Part shown: one piece after another, positions 37,101-51,535 of the stretch
How the letters are laid out: each line of letters opens with the position of its first letter
How positions within the stretch are numbered: position 1 is the first letter of the stretch
DNA from: Zygnema circumcarinatum SAG 698-1b
Taxonomy: Eukaryota > Plantae > Zygnematophyceae
DNA: 64,000 bases
Reading direction: 5' to 3'
NCBI GenBank assembly: GCA_037447605.1
Contig: CM074804.1
Span: forward strand, 3,759,909-3,823,908
The notes under the pieces: generated by a model
Databases searched by the model: none
What the model saw: only the letters and a program-made list of their open reading frames with translations
What the model was told of the DNA's origin: nothing
Made by a program: the position numbers and the translations under genes

Positions 37101-40100
37101 ACAGCGGCTGCTGCCATCCCAGTAGCAACTATGTCTGTGTCATCCATCTCCCATTTTCTGGAGGGTATTCCTACAGAGCTGCTGCAATCTGAAGGTTGAA
37201 TCCTGCACCAGCTTAGCAATTTGTTTTTGGTTATTTTCCTCTCTGAGACTGCCTCGCTAGTGAATACTTGCAAAATGCCCAATTGGTCCTGTTTTTGTGA
37301 CATTGTCTTTTGAAGTAATCAGTTGAAGTTTTGATATGTCTTACGTGGAACAATTCTATCGAGCAAAGTTGGACGATCAGCTTTTGGGTTGATATTTGAA
37401 ATTGCGTTGCTGATTTCGCATTTGCTCATGCTTGCTCTTGTTGTATGTTTGGGACCTTTGGGATATCCTGTCGATTTGAAGTTTTAAGTGCGACAACTTT
37501 AGCGATGATTTCGTATAAACAGGGTGTGGAATAAAGACGCCTTTGCAGACACTTGCTCCGGAAGCCCTTTCACGATTTTACTCTGTATGGTTTTTAGGGT
37601 TTTTAGGGACTTCTAGTCGGAAAATATTCCAAATTACTGAAACTGTTTGCTGGCTAATATTTGTACAGGGGCTTTGCATGCCACATTTCTGGATTGGCTT
37701 CGACTGGCTGTCAGTCAGAGGCAGCTTTCCGCCAGAAGCCTACCAACAGCCACTGATCACTTGCCAGCTGGATGGCTCACATCTGGACTAGAAGAAATGC
37801 TGGACGGCTTCCTCGGTGCAAGGAACAACCAGGGCTCACACGTGTCAGATGAGGAGCTGGAGGCTTGGGGGGCGGAGGCCCGGAGATGGGCCAAAATGCT
37901 GCGCTTGGGGGGACTTGCCGGCGCAAATGTGGAAATGCTGCTCGAGGTCGTTCCATCATTAATCAAATACTTAGATAATTCAAATGTAGTGTATAACGTA
38001 ATTATAAGTGGGAAGAACTGTCGTTACGTTAGTCTATTTCAAGGAAACAAATTGAATTTCCAAAGGAAGTTGGGCATATCTTTATCTTTATTTATTTTCG
38101 ATGGCCAACGCAGGAATCCGAATCCTGCTAGCGTTGTTTTTATAAATACCTGCGCTCTTTAAAATGACATATGTCGTTATCTGGTACTTTGTTCTTAAAC
38201 CTGACGAGAGAGCAATGCTGTTCCCACTGCCAGTGGATGGCATTGGAGTATACTGCTAATTCCTGTCTGTCTGTGCTTCTGCAGGAAGTAGCCACCAGAG
38301 TTGCTGGTTTGCTGCGGTCGATGGAAGTGCCAAGCAGTGCAGCTCAGAAAGCCCTTCTCCTGCTCCGCAGTCTACTGGAGGAGTGCCGCATGCAGATGGA
38401 CCTGAAAGGATGCAGTTCGTCGCAACGAAATTACGAAGCGCAACATGAGCAAGCGGCATCAGCAGATACATTGTCCACTGCAGCGAGCATGGAGTTGTCA
38501 GTCAGTGCCTATGGGAATCGAGGACAATTGTTTGGCAATGGGGAGGTGGAGGAGCTGCAGCAGAGTTTCCTTGAAAAAGTAACTGTGTTGCTCAACCGGC
38601 ATTTGGTGAGTCAATTTTTTGTACTTCATTGTCTGATGAATGAAAGAGCTCCTTTCAGTCCAAAGACAGAGAGCGTAAAGGGGAGATTTCAATTGTCCAA
38701 CTTTGACGTTGGTGCTTGGCTAAATCTCCTTACAAGACGCAGCTTGCTCCTTGCAGGCAAGGGCAGGTACCCACTTATCTTTCCTGTGTATCTCTTAGCA
38801 TTACTAATAAGGTCGCCATTGATCAGGGCATTGAGGCCAAGGAGGAGCTTGTAAAGCAGTGCAAGCTGATAGGAGGTCTTATTGCGCAGATACTTCTCGT
38901 AACGTATGCTCGGCAGCAGGCACAAATATTCAGCATGGATGTGAGGGCGTTCCTTGGGCTGCCATTGCCTGCCAGTATCACCGGAAGACTTGGTGGTGGA
39001 AGTCAGCGTCGACTGCCAGCAGCTGTAACCTCGCCGGTGGTTTCTGCAGTATGTTGGTTTCTTCCGAAACATCATTCCTCCCTTGTTTTCTAAGTCATGC
39101 TGAAGTGTCTCTATTTTTTCCTGACGATTGAGGTCTAAGCCACCTGACTAATGGAGCTTGTTCGCTAAGTCGCCTTTGTCATCTCACAACTCCTCAGTCC
39201 TTGACATTCCGGTTATAATTCTCCAGACTATCCCAGTTAGTGCTTCACTTTCTTTTTTTGTAGTTCAGCTGCGTTAGGGTTTGTTTTGGCCGTACAGGTT
39301 TTGGCCGTGCAAGTGACGGCTGAGGCTGCCCAATGGCTGTTGGACGCGGCCCCCTTCCTTCCTTCAGAGAACTCGGCAGCTGCTCGCACTTTCTTGTGGG
39401 ACTCTATTTGGGATGTTGTCGGCCCATCTAGTTTTTTGGCATCAACCTTTGCCACGGAGGTTAGCTCATTACTCCATTTTGGCTTTGCATTTGTATCGCG
39501 AGGAAAGATCATATTGCTGCAGCAATCGCTTATCTTCATCATGGGCGAAACTGTCAGAATGATGCTTTCAGAATCGTACATTTGTGAATTGGAGGCTTGT
39601 GAGAAATCATATGTGGCAGAGTAGTAATAAGCTACCAAAACCCTACCATGACGATGTGGGCTGCTGATGAGTCCGATGGCGAGGCGCAGGGCAGATCGAA
39701 GCGGAGCTTGCACTCGCAGCTTTACAAGCTTTGAGTCCTGTCTGCAAAACATTCGCAGCCTTTTTCCCGTTGACTACTTGGAGAGGAGTGGAGTGGAAGT
39801 CATCAAACTCCAATGAAGGGATCAAAGTGGAGGAGATGATGGATCAGTTTGCTCAGGCACTGTTACGCGCTGTTGAAGCTGTACTAGGCGGGGGAGCTCT
39901 GGCTCGAAGTAGAAGAGCCATACTCGAGTACTACCAGGTTAGTAATCAGCAACACTAACCAGCTTCTTTGGGAGGCTGGGGGGATTTGGAGTGGAAGTGA
40001 AGGGCAACATTTGCTAATCAGAATAGAAAATTAACGGCTTCAGTCCTTAGGGGCGCTCTCGACGTATGCTAGAAATTATTTTGACTGCGAATCTCCGCAT

Positions 40101-43100
40101 CGAAGTGGTTGGATGGACAGCTCAGTGAATGCTTGTGCAATGCATGATTTCTAGTAAAAGGTCGTAGTTCATCACATAGTTTTGTTAGAAAAGTTTCAGT
40201 GAAAGCTTGTGGTTCCACTTCCGGATGGCTCACGAGCCCTGGATATCTGTGCAGTAGTTGCAGCATGCAATGACAATGTGATTCGTCACTTCAAAAGACT
40301 GCAACCAGATGCCACGAGTCCTTGACTTGTCTCCAGACGACAAGTTTGCTAGCTGACTTGAGCCAGTAGGCTATCGTTTCCTGTTATGAGCATTTCTTTT
40401 AAGCTTGGTAACTCTGCTCCTGTACGATCAACTTTTTCACATTCCATTGGGTCGGGGTGGTTCTGGGCTTCTGCCATCAAGAGTGTGCATTCTTAAAGTT
40501 CTTCTGTCACCTCCTCCAGTCAAAGAAAGCAACAAGGCTTGTAAATAAGATTTCAAGAGGTTTTTATGGGTACATTGCAGAAGCGAAAGCTTTGCAAACA
40601 TGCATCCCTTTGCTAAGTTCTCCTGGAGTATGTGCATGCAGTGGTGCTGCTTGGATTCGCTCATTTCACCTACAGAACATGCAGCTCCGAAACTCGAGAA
40701 AGAAATTATCCCCCAGACTGAGCTGATGAAGCCTGCAGTCAGTGACGGAACCGTGAAGATTATCCTGAAGAACGCAATTGAAAGGTACATTACCGTACAC
40801 CTTCAAGAAATAGTCGCTGGCTGACGAACATCATGTCTCAGGCTGCGTTTCCTACAAGTTCAGCGGTGGTGGTATTCCTGTTCTATGAACCTCGTCAACC
40901 AATCTGCAGTGTGTGCATCAAGAACTGGGCTAAGTACAAAGTTGAAATCTTTGACCTTGACCTTGGTAAAAGTTGGAAAGTCACAAGAAACTGGAGGCAT
41001 GTCCATTGGTTTGGCTTCTCTGTATCGCGAAACTGACACATGTTTATGCGAGGAGGGCAGCTTGGAGACAGTGGGCGAGAGCTTTATGATTCCGCTGCTT
41101 CGCTGCATTAGGTCTCTTATCGCCTGTGGAGCTGTCCATCTGGCGGGCCTGGATGTTACAGGAGGGGAAGTGCAGGTCAGGGCTTGAGACTCTCGTTAAT
41201 GGTATTAGAACGGGAAGTTGTTTATTGCACTTTCTTGATAAACTTGTGCTTTTGACGAGTCAGTTGTCTTGAAGGTAGTGTGCGATGATCGATTGTTTGT
41301 ATTTTTGCGCACATTGGACGGCTTTGAATAATGTGAAGATTGAAGATAGCGATGTTCTCCATTCCTGTGATTGGCTGGGCAGGTAATGAGGGCAGTTGTT
41401 AGAGCTGGTTGGTCAGCGATGGTGGATGCAAACAGCGGAAAGGTCGCACCCATCGCAGCATTCCTCTCTTCAATGCTGCATCCGGCTGTGTTCGGGGATC
41501 CCAGAATGCACGCAGACCGCAGTGAGGGCGAAGAGAGTGAGGGGCCCCTCAAGTGGGTAAGTTTCTCTCCTTAATTTCTTTCTACTCGGCTGATCGAAGT
41601 TGGGATGCCCAGGTCCATTTGTCTCACTTCGTTACATCGATATTAGTATCCATTGTTTCTAGATCACAAGTGGCAGCTCACGACTCCTAGAGGGTGCTCC
41701 GTCGTTAGATTCAAACCTTGGATGTCTTGCAGAGGTCCCATGCTTCCATAGAATGCAGAAAATCTATGTCTCAAGGAAGAAATGAACTGACTTTTGTCAA
41801 CTGTGTATGCCAATTTAGATACTGGGGCAGCTGATCGACCACGGAACCCGCAGTCCACGGATTATGAGACTCACAGCCCTCCACCTCTCGGGCCTTTTGT
41901 TGCGCCATCCCGAGATTGCAGGACTCTACATCGCTCAACTCAAAGTGTTTGCTTTACATGGAACAGGTGAGACCATGGAGGACCTCATTTGCGATCTTCT
42001 GAGCTAAGTGCTAATGACCTCAAGTAGCAGCTACCCGCAGTTGTTTCAACTTGCACAAGTGTGATATCCAGTTCGATATTTCATAGTTACAACCTTAACC
42101 GCTGGTTCTGCACGAACAGCTGGAAATGCTCAGGCTGTGATATGATGATGAAGGCATTTTCCTGCGTTTGTCCTGTAAAATTGAGAGTTCATTGTGTAGC
42201 GTGCCCACTGTTGTGCTCGTCCAAAGTCCTGAGCAGCGAGTCCCCTCGCGTGCAGATGTGGTCGATGAGGAGGTCATAGCAGAAATCGGAGCGAGTGAGG
42301 CGGACTACCTCATGCTCGCGCGCAGCGCTGATCCTGAACTCGTGGAGGTGAGAGCTGACTCATGCTTCCGCTCCCCTGCACTCCGTGTGTGTGCTCTTGC
42401 CGTCCAGTCCCAGTGCCGTGGGTGTACTCAAAAGGCACTCTCGTCTTCATTGCATTTTTGCTTCGTACATTTTTTGTGAGCTTAAGGGGCGGGGAGAAAC
42501 TGCTGTTGTGATTCAGCTCGTCGATATGATGATGCTTTGAAGAATCAGCTTACCCTTTGCTGCTTGACTATATCGAGATGTATATTCCAGCATTTTGCTT
42601 AGGGGTCTACTTTGACTGACAGGTTTTAGTAATTTGGCAACTGAAAAAGAAGCAGCTTTTGTTGATGGTCGTTTGTTTCCCAGATATTCAGTAATTCAGA
42701 AATGTATGCGCGAGTCTCCATTGCCATCCTCATGTTCCAACTCTCCATTGAGTACGTAAAGAATTGTGAGTCGGAAGAGCCCCTGAAAAGGGGAAGAGCA
42801 CAATCGGCAAGAGACTGCGGTCAGGCGTTCCTGTCTGCACTACTTCGAGCATCAGTAGGTTTTATGGACCTTCTTATTTTTCCAATAAATATCAAATTGT
42901 ACTAGTCCCAGTGCTTTTCGACGCCTTTTCCCACTAGCCGTTTTGATGTAGTTCACGTGGGATTACACCATTTCACGTCTTTTCGGAACGGCGTAAGTGG
43001 AAGTGCTGCAAATCGGACGCATGTCCGTTGACTGACAGACCGCGGTGAGTCCTGGCAGGTGACGGAGGCAGGCCTCTCCAAGGAGCTCTACAAGAAGAAA

Positions 43101-46100
43101 AGCGCGGTGAGGGCAAAATTCAACCGTGCCATAATCACTGGGTTTGAATGGACTTACTTGACACACTTGCCCTGCTGTTTGTTCATTTTATGATGGTATA
43201 GTCAATGTGTCGATTGTGTCTCTTCTTGAGATAATTTTACGCTTTCCTTATAATTACAGAAGTGATTGACTATTACGCGGTTTTTGTCGAGGGGGTCCCC
43301 TGCAGGTTCACCGGAAGAAAGTGCGTGCCTGGCAGATGTTGGTCATTCTGTCGCGCTTCCTCGAGAGACACATGCTTGAAGAAGTGATTCTCTCCTTAGA
43401 CACGGCTATCGAGGTGAGAGTGAAAGCAAGCTCCAAGCGGCCACATCCAAACGCAGCGAGCATAGCCTACCTGTCTCTTGAACTCTCATGTTGCGACTCC
43501 TTTGCCAAAGTTGTTGTTTGTCGAGCCAGCAATTCATGATATTGCATTTGCAGCTCATTTGTGCTTGCTTTGATTCTGTCGTCGAGGTTAAAAGAATGGC
43601 CTTCTGTGGGACTTTGCAGCGGAACAACATGCCTTCTGTCCGACAGTTTCTGGAGATCTTTGCAGTGCAGGTTTACCTGCGGTTTCCCCATCTGGTGATT
43701 TTACGCTCTTATTCCTAATCGAAGCCCAGTCGTTTGAAAGACCTAGGATGAGACTTTATCGAAAATATCACTTAGATAGAAGGGCCTATGGGCTCTTTCA
43801 CTGCTATGCACAATACACGATGATTGTAGAGTCTGGCATCGAACTCTGATTGATGGCAGACAGTTTTCTTGCCCTTCATTAATGAATCTCGTGAAGATAA
43901 GGCTACTTTCAAAATCGTTTTTTCCAATGCGAGACATAGGAAGCATACGAACCTCCTCCATAGCTTCCTTCATAATATCGCTCCTTCTGTGACTGATTTA
44001 TGAGGCATTTCTCCTTGATACTGCATGAAGGTGGAGGAGCATTTAGTACCTATGCTTCAGCAGCACAACATGAAAGCACAGGTATGATAAAAGCTGTTGA
44101 AATCAATCCCCATCTGTTTGGTCGTCATTTACAGGATACATAACTCAACGCTTGCCACTCGTGCCGTTTTCAGAATGTGCTTATACTTTCTCATTTAACT
44201 AATCTTTTCACATTATTTAAGCAGATTCTATATTTCCTAGTGTTTTGTTGCGACATATTCCAGCCCTACGAATATCGCTCTGGTCGATCCCACCAGCACG
44301 TACTATCTATCATGCAGCACAGCCAAGAAGGTGTCTGAATGTCGGACTCCCTCTCTCACGTGCGGGGCAGGCCCAGGCGTCGTACGTGCTGATCGCCGCC
44401 CACGTCATCCTCCACGTGGCGCCCTCTCTGCGGGCGGGCGTGGCTTCCCTCGTGGTTCCCGCCGCGCTGCCCTCTCTGACCACGCACCACCACAGTCTAA
44501 GGAGCTTCGCGCAGGTCGGCCCGCCGCTGCCTCCTTGCCTTCTTGCCTGCGAATGCGGATGGATGAGATTGAGAGCTCGATTATTTGAGGCGAGGACTTT
44601 GGCAAGATTGACGAGATTTCCTTGTTGTTACGTGAGGGCTGAGATTTCAGGGCCTAGGAGACGGAAGAGTGTTCCTATTCGGTTTCCTCAGAATGGTGCT
44701 CTTACATGTGGTGTTCGTTTTGCCATCAGGTGCTGCTTTTCCGTGTTCTGTCGCAGTTTACTTCCCATGAGGTTATGCCCAATAGCCTGATCGATTCCAG
44801 GTGTCTCCAATCCATACGAGAATTCTTGGAGAAGAACGAGCAGTGTGTAAAGTAAGTGCGATATCCGAAGTTTTCTTTATGTTCACCATTCCGGTGGCCA
44901 TTTTTCCGTCAAAATATCCGTCCATGGGCTTAATGAGCAATATCAGATAAATCAAATTACCCATTTGAATCTGAAGAGTATTTCAAGTTGCTTGCTCGCC
45001 TTGTCTCCCCCGAATTGCTCGCAGGCTGCGAGTTGCGGTGGAAAGTTATCTCGATGCCTTCGATCCAGTTTCTGTGACGACTCCACGGGGGATCTTTGTG
45101 ATGCATGACGATGGGGAGGAGGACCAATCGAAGGTGACAATTCACACAACCAGTCTCTTACGTCTCTACAGTCAAATCCTAAAGTCTCCGGCGACCCCAG
45201 CATCTGAACCATTTGAATGTTGAGCTCTACTGTATAAAAATTGAGCTTTGAATTGCAAGCATAGCTCCATATTTTATGGATCAAAGGCAGAAATCTGTCC
45301 CTCCTCTGTTTCCGATGGAAAGTAACAGTAGATTCTCAGAACTTTCTCTTGCTGAATAAATGAACACTGAAAGAGGGCAAGGTGTCAAGCAACATGCCGT
45401 GCTGGGGGGAGAGGTGCAGACTATGGATGATGTAATTGAGTGCGTCCCTATTGCTGTATACGACCATGTGGCGTTCTTCCTTAAGGCAAGCTCTTCATGC
45501 ATCACTGGGGTTGTGCATCACAGTATGTTACAGTACTGAATAAGTCTGTGATCTTCCTATTCGTCAAATTGTACTCGATGCTGACATGTAACCAGGAGTT
45601 GGGCACAGACAGGAGGGATCACTTGTGTTTGCCGAATTCTATGATCTCAATCTTGCTCTGCCTCCGCTGTCTGTTTGACATATGAAATGAGCTTTTGAAC
45701 AGGTCGTTAGAGAGGAACTTCGAGAGTCGGTGGCCGCGGACATGGCACATCTTCACCTTGAAGCTGCGGAGGAGAGAGATAAGCGTGAGAAGTGGAGCAG
45801 TAAAGACAGCATTCCTTCAAATCATGGGGACAAAAGTGCAAAATCAAGTTCCGTATTTGAAGAATCGCCCAACAGCAGCCTCAATTGGGACTTTCAGAGA
45901 AAGTTCCTCAGTACAGAAGCGAGAGCCAACCTTCCAGCAGGTGCATTTTTCGTTGCTCCATTTCATGCCTCTAGTTCATCATGCATGTGGATGTGATGCT
46001 CATGACTGGTCTCTTCTTGAAGAGTTTAATTTAGTTCCGGAGGTGGCTAGATTGTCAGAGGCTTGCTAGCTGGACGGTGCGCAAAGCGGCAGTCCAAGAC

Positions 46101-47558
46101 TGGAGTTTTCTAAAGCCTGGAAAACCTGGAAATCTATTACTTTGTAAAGTTTCCTACTATTTTTCGTGTGTGTTTTTCGTATGGATTGACTGGGACTGTA
46201 ATCGTAAACTGGACGTTTAATCGTAAAGTAGTGTGGTTCCAATGTCCCCGTACGGCCGGAGCAACAAGCGTATGGTGTTAATAGCATCTTTAGTCTTTAG
46301 TTGTCGTGGGTGTGAAGTCAGTTGGGTGGTCATATGGGAAAACCAACTGAATTTGATCGTGCGCAGCATTCCCAACTGCTTTTCTTACATTAGACTTTTC
46401 CATTGCAATACATTCATCGTTTTTTTCGCTCAAATGTGTGATCCATGGCAGAGGATGAGCTGGACGAGGAGCTCCTGTTGGGAGCCGCAGAGTCCCGAAT
46501 GAACCACGTCGCTGCAATTCGCGGAAATCGTCAAAACCTCATTGTTGTTGCTTCCCTCATTAATCGTATCCCAAATTTGGCAGGATTGGCTCGCACGTGC
46601 GAGGTAGGTCAACCTTAGAATTGGTATCGGAGGACTAACTGGGCAAAGCAGCTTAGAGAAGATTTGGAGTGGTTTTGAGCTTGACAACTGATGTGGTGAG
46701 AACCTATTTTTCCATGAATTTTTAACATGAACTTTTGGTGGTGTTGCAGGTCTTCAAGGCAGCATCATTGGTGGTCGCAGACGCTTCGGTGGCCGATGAC
46801 CGACAGTTTCAGCTTATCAGGTGCAAATGGTTTATGCTTAGGTTCATGAATTTGCCGTCCTATGAAGTGATTGGTTCTGTGGAGAATTTTGAGGCAGTAA
46901 TCAAGTGAAGACCGTGTGTTCTATCCATGTCACTTCATGCACATTGAAGCCAGCCCCGTGCATCAAGAGAGCCTATTGGGCAGCTTGAGCTTCTCACTCT
47001 TTGTGGTGTTGTTCGCTGCAGTGTGACAGCCGAGCAATGGATTCCTCTCATTGAGGTCCCAGAGTCGGGCCTCTCCTCCTTTTTGCAACGGCGGCAGCAA
47101 GATGGCTACACCCTCCTCGGCCTGGAGCAGACCGCCAACAGCATTCCCATCCATTCTTACGATTTCCCCACAAAAACGGTACATGCCATGCCATGCCATG
47201 CCCCTTGCCAGAGCCAGACGCCTGTGATGCATGTGATGCTGGTAGTGGTAACGAAGCTTTAAAAGTAGAAGGATTCATGTCGCATTCGATGCGCATGTTA
47301 TAAATACAAAATGTAAACCCCATTCCTTATTTTCTTCACTGACCCACTTCTGAACGGTGTTTTGTATTTTTTATGTCTGGCGGCTCCCAGGTGTTGGTCC
47401 TTGGAAGGGAGAAGGAGGGCATCCCTGTCCCCATCCTCCACATGTTGGACGCATGCGTTGAGATCCCGCAGCTGGGTGTCATCCGCTCCCTCAATGTCCA
47501 CGTCAGCGGGGCCATCGCCGCCTGGGAGTACACCAAGCAGCATGGCGGCAAACACTAG
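31152..47558 (+). CDS. TRM3: tRNA (guanosine(18)-2'-O)-methyltransferase TRM3/TARBP1, large multi-exon gene with long helical N-terminal region and C-terminal SpoU domain
   Basis: Probable start [10 protein letters not shown] at 31152. Internal conserved blocks: [65 protein letters not shown] domain: [23 protein letters not shown]|VFKA..|[16 protein letters not shown]..|[41 protein letters not shown]. Not all internal exon boundaries were resolved. Confidence 0.9.
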
Positions 47559-48825
47559 TCTTTTTTGTGGTGGTGGGGCTTAGTCAGTTAAGACCCGTGA
47601 CGTTTCCTTGTGGCGCTTCATTTTTTATGGCGGTCCTCGCTTTCTTCCGCTAAGTTCTAGAAGGGAGTAATGTGCTTCGGGCTTCGATGGATAGGTCTGT
47701 CGAGTTTTGGAAGGTCTCAGGATTGCCTGGGTTGCATTGTCTTTGCTGAATCAATGCCCGTTTAGGTTCTGGTTGTTAGTTCAATGAGATCAAAAACAAA
47801 CATAGAACTTTTTTCCTCTCTCTTTCCTTCAAAACTGCACTCTTGATGATTTTCTTCAATTGCACATTAGATCTCCAATCCATTCCGTCTACGAGGTGAC
47901 CTGCTTATTTTTCTACAAAGAGTCTTGCTTGCACCTACTGCAATAACCCTTCTGCACATCGCACATCACGTCGCTTACCAACTTCTGGGACCAAACTGCC
48001 AACTCGAAACAAAGCAGAAGCTCTAAATTTGGCCACCAAACAAGCCGAGACTGCAGTGCGGGTCTCCTAATGTAATGTACAGCGGAAGCATGCAGGCAGA
48101 CCACTCAGAAAAAAGTTGGTCGCCCTTCCATCCTGCATGTACGTGCCTGCTGCGGCTCGAGAACATGGTCGCGGATGGCATGAAGGGTCATGACGGTATT
48201 CAGCACATGCAGGTTCTGCTGCATCTGCACTCCAAACCTTTTTAGGCGGAGGATGTATCCGGCACTAACGCCGTTGAGCCTACGTTGAATGGTACGCCAC
48301 ATGGTAGGAGAGGTTCCTATGCTCGACCTCACTATCTGTACTGCGATACGAGCTTCTACATTATTTGTCTTTTTCTACAAAGGAAACAAAGACCAAAAAG
48401 CCAAAAAGGGACTGGAAAAGTCTACCAGCCTGTCCTTTACAAAGGTAAAAAGACGCGCCATACATACACAGGCGACAAGAATGGTAACCGTTGAAACCAA
48501 AAAGATCTGCGCAAAGAGCAAGCAACACACAAACCGCAAAAGAAAGAAGTTAGAACTTGCGTGCACCAGAAAACCAAGAAGTTATAAACAGAAGCTTCCT
48601 CAAGACTCAAAGCAGCGCTGTAAAGTGTACCTGCCAAGCCTTCTCCTTCTCGCTGTGCCTCTGCAAGGGTTGGCGTTGGCAGGTTGCGGTAGGCAGAGCG
48701 TCCCTCACTCCTCCATGGCGAACGGAAGCGATGCAATGTGAGCTGCTGCATCGAGGCGGCCCCAGCCAGGGCTGCCCCTTCAACCTGCCGCCATGGCTGC
48801 TCCTTCTATTCCCTCCACCTCCGCT

Positions 48826-51442
48826 CTACGAGCCTGTTGACTTCCCGCCCCCCCTTGGACGCGGAGATCGCGCCTTCTGTCCCCCTCCACCTTTGTGCGA
48901 CTTGTGCGATGCACCTGTCCGTCCTGTCTTTTTCCCTCCTACCTTCCTCTTTTCCTCCTTCAAACCGCTGCTCTCCTGCTCATCCTTACTCCCTGCTTCA
49001 ACCAATGATGTTCCCTCTGTTCCGCCGTCTATTGCAGTTCTCGCAAAAACTGAAGCTGACTCCGAACCACCGGAGCCTGACGGCCGCGGAACCCCACTGG
49101 AAGATGAAGGATCAGCTGCTCTCTCTGCTGTGTCCATGTCTATCAAACTTTCCGCAAACACGACCTCTTCATCAAACCCAACATTCTCTCCCACACCCCT
49201 CTCTTCAGTTTCCTCTTTCCCCTCGTCCACTTTCAGAGCCACTCCTGCAACAGCACCTCCACATTCCGCCGACTCTCCCGATCCCACAGCTACAGAGAGA
49301 GGCTTCCTGACTGCTGCTGCTGCTGGTCGTGCATGTGCACTGGAGGGCACTGCAGGCACCTTATACCCACCCCCTCCCTTTGCCAAATCCCCAGACTGTA
49401 GGGAGCTTCCTGCCGGCCTCCCTCCCATATTGCTACTGCCTCCTTTTCCTTGCGGGGCTCCTCTTGCTGCGGGAGAGGCAGCCATTTTGGATGGCAGAGG
49501 CAGCGCTGCCATGCGCGAGGCCGCCATGGGGGACCCGGGAAGGAACGGATGGAGAGCCCCTCCGGGACCCATCTCCACTTTTGCGTTTCCGCCTACCGCC
49601 GTTCCAAGCCAGCCATTAGGGGGGACTCTCCCAGAAGGCCACATGGGCCATGGAGCCATTGCTCCTGACTGGGGGAAGCCCTGCACCATCACTCCCTGCT
49701 GGGGAGGGAGAGGTCCGTTTGGAGTCATGGGGGTCTGGAAAAATGGGGAAGGAGAAGCAGGAAGCGGAGCTGAGGGAGGGGTGGCGGGAGAGGGAGGAGC
49801 TTGGCGCTGCGGTCGGTGGAAGAGGAGGTTGGCAATGTTGCGGTCGATTGGGTTGGTTTCCGTCTCAAGTAATGCAGGCAATCTGTACAAGAAATAAGCC
49901 ATCGACGAATTCGTGTAAGTTCAATTCTGGAGCGGTTTTTCTTTACATGCAAACAGGAGCCACCGATTCAGAGGAAAATTTTCCGAGTGCATGATTGTGA
50001 CGCATTCTAACCTTGGCGAGTTCGGGCCACCCGATACGCCTCCTGCCTCTGAATCAAGTCCCTTGGCTCCCGCCGCTTCTCCACCTGCTCTCTCACTCGC
50101 TGCTTTTCTCTGAATGGCGCTCCTGGCCAATCGAAAGAGAGCATCGCGAATACAGAGGCGAGTACCAATGTCCAACTGCATCAGGCCACCCCCCCACAAT
50201 TCTCCACTCAATTCACAAACCCTAACACGGCCAGATTGATCCCCTGTTGCAAAGTCTCCTGCAACACCCCACGAAGCAGCCTCTCAAAGCCTAGCTGAAC
50301 CCTCACCGCCCTCACCTTGTTCAAGGTCGTCTCCAGCTGGTGTAGCACTACTCCTTCCACTCCCTCCTCCCCTTCCTCTCCCTCTGATGGCCCTGCTCCC
50401 TCCGACGGTTCTCCCTCCCCCCCTGAACTGCCCGCCGAAGCCACGTGCTGCTGCTCCGCTGCCAAGTGTTGCTGAACGAGCAGACGCTGCCGCATTTGCT
50501 GCCTCCACTTCAACTTCTCAATCTTCTCCTGCGGAGTCATAGGGGTCGTCGACACATGAGGGAGGAAGCGGCCGCCGTAGGGCGAGTGGCCGTGGGGGAT
50601 GTGCATCTGCGCGCCCATGGAGGGCTGCTGCAGGGGGGGGGGCATCATCGGCGGCTGCTGAAACACGGGGGGGGGCTGCTGCGGCATGAAGAGAGTGTGG
50701 GGAGGAGGAGCCATGGCCGTCTGATTCGCAACAGAGAGAGGGACCTGCTGAGAGGGAGAGGAGGAGTTGGTAGCCGCCATGGGAATGTGGTGCATGGCAG
50801 GGAGGTAGGCGCTCTGCATGTAGGGGCGGGGGCGGTGGGCATGGGAGTAGGGAGGCACAGGGAAGACAGTTTGCTGCGGAGAGGAGGGAGTGCCTGGGCG
50901 CATGGAGAGGGCTGCGGGAGAGGGAGGGCCGGGCGAGGCGGAGACTGAGACAGAGCCCTGCAGGGAGGGGCTGGAGACAGTGGGAGAGCTCATCGGCGAT
51001 GTGAGGCGGCTCACGCTACCAGTGCGACTCCCTCGCTTCTTTGACGGCCTTCGAGTGGACTGCGCCTGTGAAGCCAAGAATCGACTCTTCAGAGGTCGCA
51101 CTGAAACAGGAACGAAACAAAACTCCCGCCTTGCTGATTGGAAGCAGCAACTTTCTCCCCAAGTCTTCCAAGACTTGGGGGACAAGCTGCTGCCAATTGC
51201 AGACATGTAAGAGGACATGCAGCACGGAGGCATAATGGAAGCAAGAAAATACAATGGGTTAGAGGGCGGGTTCACCCACCTGAGACGGCTGCGACTTGTC
51301 TGTAGTTCCTGTTGCTGCGCTGGAGAGCACTCCATCATCGTCGAACGATATCGCTTCCCCGTCTGCAGAAGGCTGCAGCATTGTCTCCGAGCCCTGCATA
51401 TAACACATCCGACCTGGCTCAGCTCAAAAGTAAGAGAGAGAG

Positions 51443-51535
<93 letters not shown>

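Noticed and set aside
42524-42620. Box C/D snoRNA-like pair (ATGATGA ... CTGA) in a TRM3 intron
   Set aside because: The CTGA coincides with the branch/acceptor (CTGACAG); no terminal stem or rRNA-antisense element was recognised.
48557-49897. 446-aa plus-strand ORF (also 52346-52837, 39237-39752 and similar)
   Set aside because: These are antisense shadows of real GC-rich exons of LNK and TRM3.
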